DNA of 64,000 nucleotides from Dehalococcoidia bacterium (GTDB lineage Bacteria; Chloroflexota; Dehalococcoidia; Lucifugimonadales; CAJWER01): NCBI GenBank assembly GCA_963666125.1, contig OY762633.1, positions 1,474,935 to 1,538,934 of the forward strand, read 5' to 3'. Shown piece by piece: positions 60,233 to 64,000 of this stretch (position 1 is its first letter; each line of letters starts with the position of its first letter). The notes under the pieces were generated by a model. It saw only the letters and a program-made list of their open reading frames with translations, ran no database searches and was not told where the DNA came from. The position numbers and the translations under genes were made by a program.

Positions 60233-60928
60233 GTGATCCGCTACACGGTGGTGCGGAGCGCCCGCAGGAAGAAGACGGTCTCGATCACCATCGACCCCGA
60301 TGACAGCGTCCGCGTGTCCGCGCCCCTGCGCACACCCAACGCCGAGATCGAGTCCATCGTCAGGAAGCGGGCCGACTGGATCCTCCGCAAGCTCGCCGAG
60401 GAGCGCCCCGAAGAGCCTCAACCCAGGCAGTTCGCGACGGGCGAGAAGCTCTACTACCTCGGGCGCGAGCTCACGCTGGTGGTGCAGCTCACGACCGACG
60501 AGGAGCCTTCCGTGAGCCTCGAATCCGACTGCCTCAGGATAGAGTGCCCGGCCTGGGTTCCCGAGGAGCACCGCGCATATGCCATCAGGCAGGTGCTGGT
60601 GCTCTGGTACAAGCAGCAGGCCGCCGAGCTGCTGCAGGAGTCCGTGGAGCGCTGGCGACCCAGGGTGGGAACCTCGCCGACGCGCATCTCCATCGGCGAC
60701 CAGAAGACGCGGTGGGGAAGCTGCTCATCCAAGGGGAGCCTGCGCTTCAACCTACGCCTCGCCATGGCGCCCCAGGCGCTGATCGACTACGTGACGGTAC
60801 ACGAGCTCTGCCACCTTCTCGAAGGCAACCACTCAGCGGCGTTCTGGGAGCAGGTCGCGCGCGTCCTCCCCGACTACGAAGCGCGGCGCAGGAGCCTCCG
60901 GGAGCTCGAGCCCCTGCTCACCCTGTAA
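60233..60928 (+). CDS. DUF45/YgjP-like zinc metallopeptidase-fold protein
   Basis: 231 aa with a GTG start. It has TRWGSCSSKGSLRFNLRL and the HExxH motif in VTVHELCHLLEGNHSAAFW. Confidence 0.8.
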   Translation: MIRYTVVRSARRKKTVSITIDPDDSVRVSAPLRTPNAEIESIVRKRADWILRKLAEERPEEPQPRQFATGEKLYYLGRELTLVVQLTTDEEPSVSLESDCLRIECPAWVPEEHRAYAIRQVLVLWYKQQAAELLQESVERWRPRVGTSPTRISIGDQKTRWGSCSSKGSLRFNLRLAMAPQALIDYVTVHELCHLLEGNHSAAFWEQVARVLPDYEARRRSLRELEPLLTL

Positions 60929-60983
60929 CCGGCTGACTGCCCAGCACGCCACGGCCTGCACTGCTCAGAGGGCGGCGCACTGC

Positions 60984-62021
60984 CTACTCTCCGGCGGGCC
61001 ATGCCTCCGCGCGGCGCATGAAGACTGAGGGGTCATCCCTCCACTCGGCGTAGCCGATGCGTCTGTCGTCCGTCAGGTAGTCGATCTTCTCGTCGATGCA
61101 GGACAGCAGGTCGGCATCACTCGCGGCGAGGGTGAAGCCGCCGTATTCGGACTCCGAGTCGAGTGCGGTGACCACGAAGGCGGCGTCGGGCCCATAGGCG
61201 GCGTCCCTGTTGCCGATCTCGCCCCTGGCCACGGCGTCTATGCTTCCGTCCGCCAGCGAATCGAGAAGCTCCTTCTCTCCGAGCTCACCACCGAGATAGA
61301 CAACCTGTGGGAAGTCATCAGAGGGCGGGTATATACGGCGTCTTTCCTGGAGGACCGAGGACTCGCCAGCCGCTGTAATGGTGTAGTCTGCGGTGCCGTC
61401 AGCGGTCACCTCTCCTCGCGGCGTCTCGACTCGCGTGCCGGAGACCAGCACGCCGCTGGCATCCGCCAGACCGGTCAGCACGAGCAGGCGCGCCTCTCCT
61501 GTCGTTCCGGCAAGGACGCCGACACGCACGTCGCTCTTCAGCATGTCGTGGCTGGCAAGGCGCTCGGCATCCCCGGCGCGCACCAGGAGGGATTGCCGGA
61601 AGTCTATATGGCCCGACGTAAATGCGACGACCTTCTCGCCAGCCGCGTTACGGGTCCGTGAGTCGAGAATGGTGATGCCGCCTCCCACGATGTCGTATTC
61701 GGAGCCGGCGGACCGGAGCCAGATGTCGTCCCAAGGGGCGATGGGCTTGCGGGAGAAGGACAACCCGGCGCCCTCCATCGCTTCGAGGGCGTCCAGCAGA
61801 TCGGCCTCGTAGCCCAGGTGCGTGCCGAACCCGGGTGCATCGGGGTCCTCGTCGGCACTGAAGCTGACAGGGGCGAAGAAGGCGTAGAAGCCCATGTCGA
61901 GGCTGCGTCCGTCCTCGGTGCAGGCTTGGGTCTGCTCGACCTCCGACGAGCACGCGGCCAGGGACAGGAGGAGACCCACGAGCGGGACCATCCCTGGGAG
62001 TGCGGCGTCACGCAGACTCAA
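60984..62021 (-). CDS. Periplasmic substrate-binding lipoprotein (SBP_bac_3-like)
   Basis: 345 aa. The lipobox is LLLSLAACSS. The segment GYEADLLDALEA..PWDDIWLRSAGSEYDIVGGGITI is typical of family 3 binding proteins. It overlaps the EVE gene by 4 nt. Confidence 0.75.
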   Translation of the reverse strand: MSLRDAALPGMVPLVGLLLSLAACSSEVEQTQACTEDGRSLDMGFYAFFAPVSFSADEDPDAPGFGTHLGYEADLLDALEAMEGAGLSFSRKPIAPWDDIWLRSAGSEYDIVGGGITILDSRTRNAAGEKVVAFTSGHIDFRQSLLVRAGDAERLASHDMLKSDVRVGVLAGTTGEARLLVLTGLADASGVLVSGTRVETPRGEVTADGTADYTITAAGESSVLQERRRIYPPSDDFPQVVYLGGELGEKELLDSLADGSIDAVARGEIGNRDAAYGPDAAFVVTALDSESEYGGFTLAASDADLLSCIDEKIDYLTDDRRIGYAEWRDDPSVFMRRAEAWPAGE

Positions 62022-62497
62022 TCCTCAGCCTTCTGGGCCATGTCCAGGATGATGTCCCACTCCGCCCTGGTGAGCGGGTGAACCGAGATGCGGGGCCGCC
62101 TGAACAGCGAGCACTCCTCCAGGCCGGGCTCCGCCCTGAGCCGCTTCAGGGTGACCGGGTTCGGCAGCGCCTCGTCGCCCCTGATGTCCACCATGTACCA
62201 GATCGGCTTCTCGGGCGTGCTCTTCGGGTCGGGATGGTCCGAGTCCGGGTCCCACGCCGTGAAGTCCGGGTAGCCGTCCCTCACAACGGTGGCCGTGCCG
62301 ACGACGGCAATCGGCTTCGCGTTGGAGTGGTAGAAGAGCACGCGGTCGCCGACCTTCACCTGGTCTCGGAGGAAGTTCCGCGCCTGGTAGTTGCGCACTC
62401 CGTCCCACTCGGCAGTCCGGTCCTCCTCACCCATCAGGTCCGAGAACGAGTACGCCGACGGCTCCGACTTGAACAGCCAATATCCACAATCCGCCAT
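62018..62497 (-). CDS. EVE (PUA-like) domain protein
   Basis: 159 aa. The sequence YWLFKSEPSAYSFSDL..EWDGVRNYQARNFLRDQVKVGDRVLFYHS is the EVE/DUF55 signature. Confidence 0.85.
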   Translation of the reverse strand: MADCGYWLFKSEPSAYSFSDLMGEEDRTAEWDGVRNYQARNFLRDQVKVGDRVLFYHSNAKPIAVVGTATVVRDGYPDFTAWDPDSDHPDPKSTPEKPIWYMVDIRGDEALPNPVTLKRLRAEPGLEECSLFRRPRISVHPLTRAEWDIILDMAQKAED

Positions 62498-62667
62498 CCG
62501 CTCATCTCCTTAGCCGCGTATTTGCTGCCTAACAGATAACACTCTCCAGGCCACCTCGCAATCCCCTTAGGTACTGGATACCGGCTTTCGCCGGTATGAC
62601 GGAGCGGGGATCATATCCGGCAACCCCTTGCATTAGGCCGTCAGCATCATCACAATATTCCGCAATC

Positions 62668-64000
62668 TTGAACTCACGACTCGAAACTCAGAGCTCGAAG
62701 CTCCCCTCCCACGCCCGCGCCGTGATCATCGGGGGCGGCGTGGCGGGGTGCAGCACGGCGTACCACCTGGCGAAGCTGGGCTGGGAGGACGTTGTGCTGC
62801 TGGAGCGCAGGAACATCTCCGGCGGCACGACCTGGCACGCCGCCGGGCTGGTCACACAGCTTCGGAACTCCAGGACGCTGATCGACATCGCCCGCTACAG
62901 CATCGACCTGTACGACCGCATCACCGAGGAGACCGGCGTCGAGACGGGGTTCAACCACACCGGCAGCATCTCGGTCGCGCGGACCCAGGGGCGGATGGAC
63001 GAGTTCAGGAAGATAGCGTCCCTGGGCAGGTCCTACGGCATCGAGATCGAGCCGATCAGCCCCGGCGAGGCGGGCGAGATGTGGCCGATGATGCGCATCG
63101 ACGACCTGGTGGGCGGCCTCTACATCCCCCGCGACGCCCAGATGGTGCCCCACCTGGCGGCGGCGGCGCTGGCCCGGGGCGCCGAGATGGCCGGGGCGCG
63201 GCTGTTCGAGAACGTCGGCGTAACGGGCGTCCTGCAGGACCGGGGCGCCGTGACGGGCGTATCCACGGACATGGGCGACATAGCCTGCGAGTACGTGGTG
63301 ATCGCCGCCGGGATGTGGTCGAGAGACATCGGGATGAGCGCGGGCGTGAAGGTGCCGCTCATGGCCGCCGAGCACATGTACCTCGTCACCAGGCCGATGG
63401 GGCTGCCCCACGACGCGAAGTCCCTGCGCGACCCGGACGAGCAGATTTACTTCCGCCGCGACCAGGAGGAGAAGGGTGCGATCCTGATGGGTGGCTTCGA
63501 GTCCGCGGCCAAGCCGTGGCCCGACGGACCGCACGACGGCTACAACTTCAGCCTCGTCGAGCCCGACTGGGAGCACTTCAAGGTCTTCTGGGAGAACGCG
63601 ACGTACAGGGTGCCGGCCATGGAAGAGGCGGGCATCGACCGCTTCTACGTGAGCGCCGAGAGCTTCACACCGGACAACCGGTACATCCTGGGAGAGGCGC
63701 CGGAGCTGCGTAACCTGTTCCTGTGCACGGGGCTGAACTCGACGGGGATAGCCGCCGGGCCCGGCTCCGGCCGGGCCGTGGCGGAGTGGATGGTCGAGGG
63801 CCACCCGACGATGGACATGTGGGAGGTGGACCCGCGGCGCTTCCACCGGTACCAGAACGGGCGGAAGTACCTCTACGACCGCACTGTGGAATCGGTGGGG
63901 ACGCTGTACGGGATGCACTGGCCCCACAAGCAGATGGAGACGGCGCGGATGGCGCGGAGGTCGCCCCTCCACGACCGGCTGGCCGAGCGCGGCGCGTGCT
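62668..64000 (+). CDS. Dimethylglycine/sarcosine dehydrogenase-family FAD oxidoreductase (5' part; continues beyond window)
   Basis: Absent from the track because it is open at the window end. My translation reads (TTG)NSRLETQSSKLPSHARAVIIGGGVAGCSTAYHLAKLGWEDVVLLERRNISGGTTWHAAGLVTQ..YFRRDQEEKGAILMGGFE..FLCTGLNSTGIAAGPGSGRAVAEWM. An alternative in-frame ATG lies at 62596. The 62748-63713(+) and 62674-63972(-) track ORFs are off-frame shadows. Confidence 0.85.
   Translation, partial: MNSRLETQSSKLPSHARAVIIGGGVAGCSTAYHLAKLGWEDVVLLERRNISGGTTWHAAGLVTQLRNSRTLIDIARYSIDLYDRITEETGVETGFNHTGSISVARTQGRMDEFRKIASLGRSYGIEIEPISPGEAGEMWPMMRIDDLVGGLYIPRDAQMVPHLAAAALARGAEMAGARLFENVGVTGVLQDRGAVTGVSTDMGDIACEYVVIAAGMWSRDIGMSAGVKVPLMAAEHMYLVTRPMGLPHDAKSLRDPDEQIYFRRDQEEKGAILMGGFESAAKPWPDGPHDGYNFSLVEPDWEHFKVFWENATYRVPAMEEAGIDRFYVSAESFTPDNRYILGEAPELRNLFLCTGLNSTGIAAGPGSGRAVAEWMVEGHPTMDMWEVDPRRFHRYQNGRKYLYDRTVESVGTLYGMHWPHKQMETARMARRSPLHDRLAERGAC

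Overview
This is a high-GC bacterial chromosomal segment with about 55 protein-coding genes. I found no rRNA, tRNA or CRISPR array. Gene content includes RNase Y, PlsY, LexA, pheST, thrS-infC-rpmI-rplT, a hopanoid hpnH-hpnG-shc cluster, and many CoA-dependent and FAD-dependent catabolic enzymes. This fits a Chloroflexota-like or terrabacterial genome, but the taxon cannot be fixed from the sequence alone. Because stop codons are depleted, most real genes are shadowed by long antisense or off-frame ORFs in the track. I called genes by recognisable motifs, start/stop coupling and ribosome-binding sites.

Layout, left to right:
- moeA (partial), pheT and pheS
- a heterodimeric ABC exporter pair
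- an AapJJQMP-type amino-acid ABC importer with a duplicated binding protein
- acyl-CoA dehydrogenase, acyl-CoA synthetase and a family III CoA-transferase
- DUF502, a large VWA-like/FHA-like membrane protein, a cyclophilin and an orphan histidine kinase
- a 7.2 kb AT-richer island at 23.85-31.06 kb
- shc-hpnG-hpnH, then a Phd/VapC toxin-antitoxin pair
- a head-module-only prophage remnant (protease, capsid, connector, neck)
- a Panacea-type antitoxin gene convergent with a RelE/ParE-like toxin gene
- a 1791-aa metzincin/Calx-beta/LRR/FN3 protein
- an aldolase, a beta-propeller-like protein and a second Phd/PIN pair
- M19 dipeptidase, an FAD oxidase, rny, a PHP phosphoesterase, plsY, lexA and an Eis-like GNAT
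- thrS-infC-rpmI-rplT, a DUF45 peptidase, a binding protein, an EVE-domain protein and a partial dimethylglycine/sarcosine dehydrogenase-family gene

The stand-out is the island. It carries six translationally coupled minus-strand genes: a B12-type radical SAM enzyme, a GHKL ATPase, a ParB-like protein, a PD-(D/E)xK nuclease-like protein, an SNF2 helicase and a second ParB-like protein. It has no methyltransferase and no hallmark gene of the named modification or defence systems I checked for (BREX, DISARM, Dnd, Ssp, Dpd). I propose it as a candidate undescribed DNA-modification or defence system.
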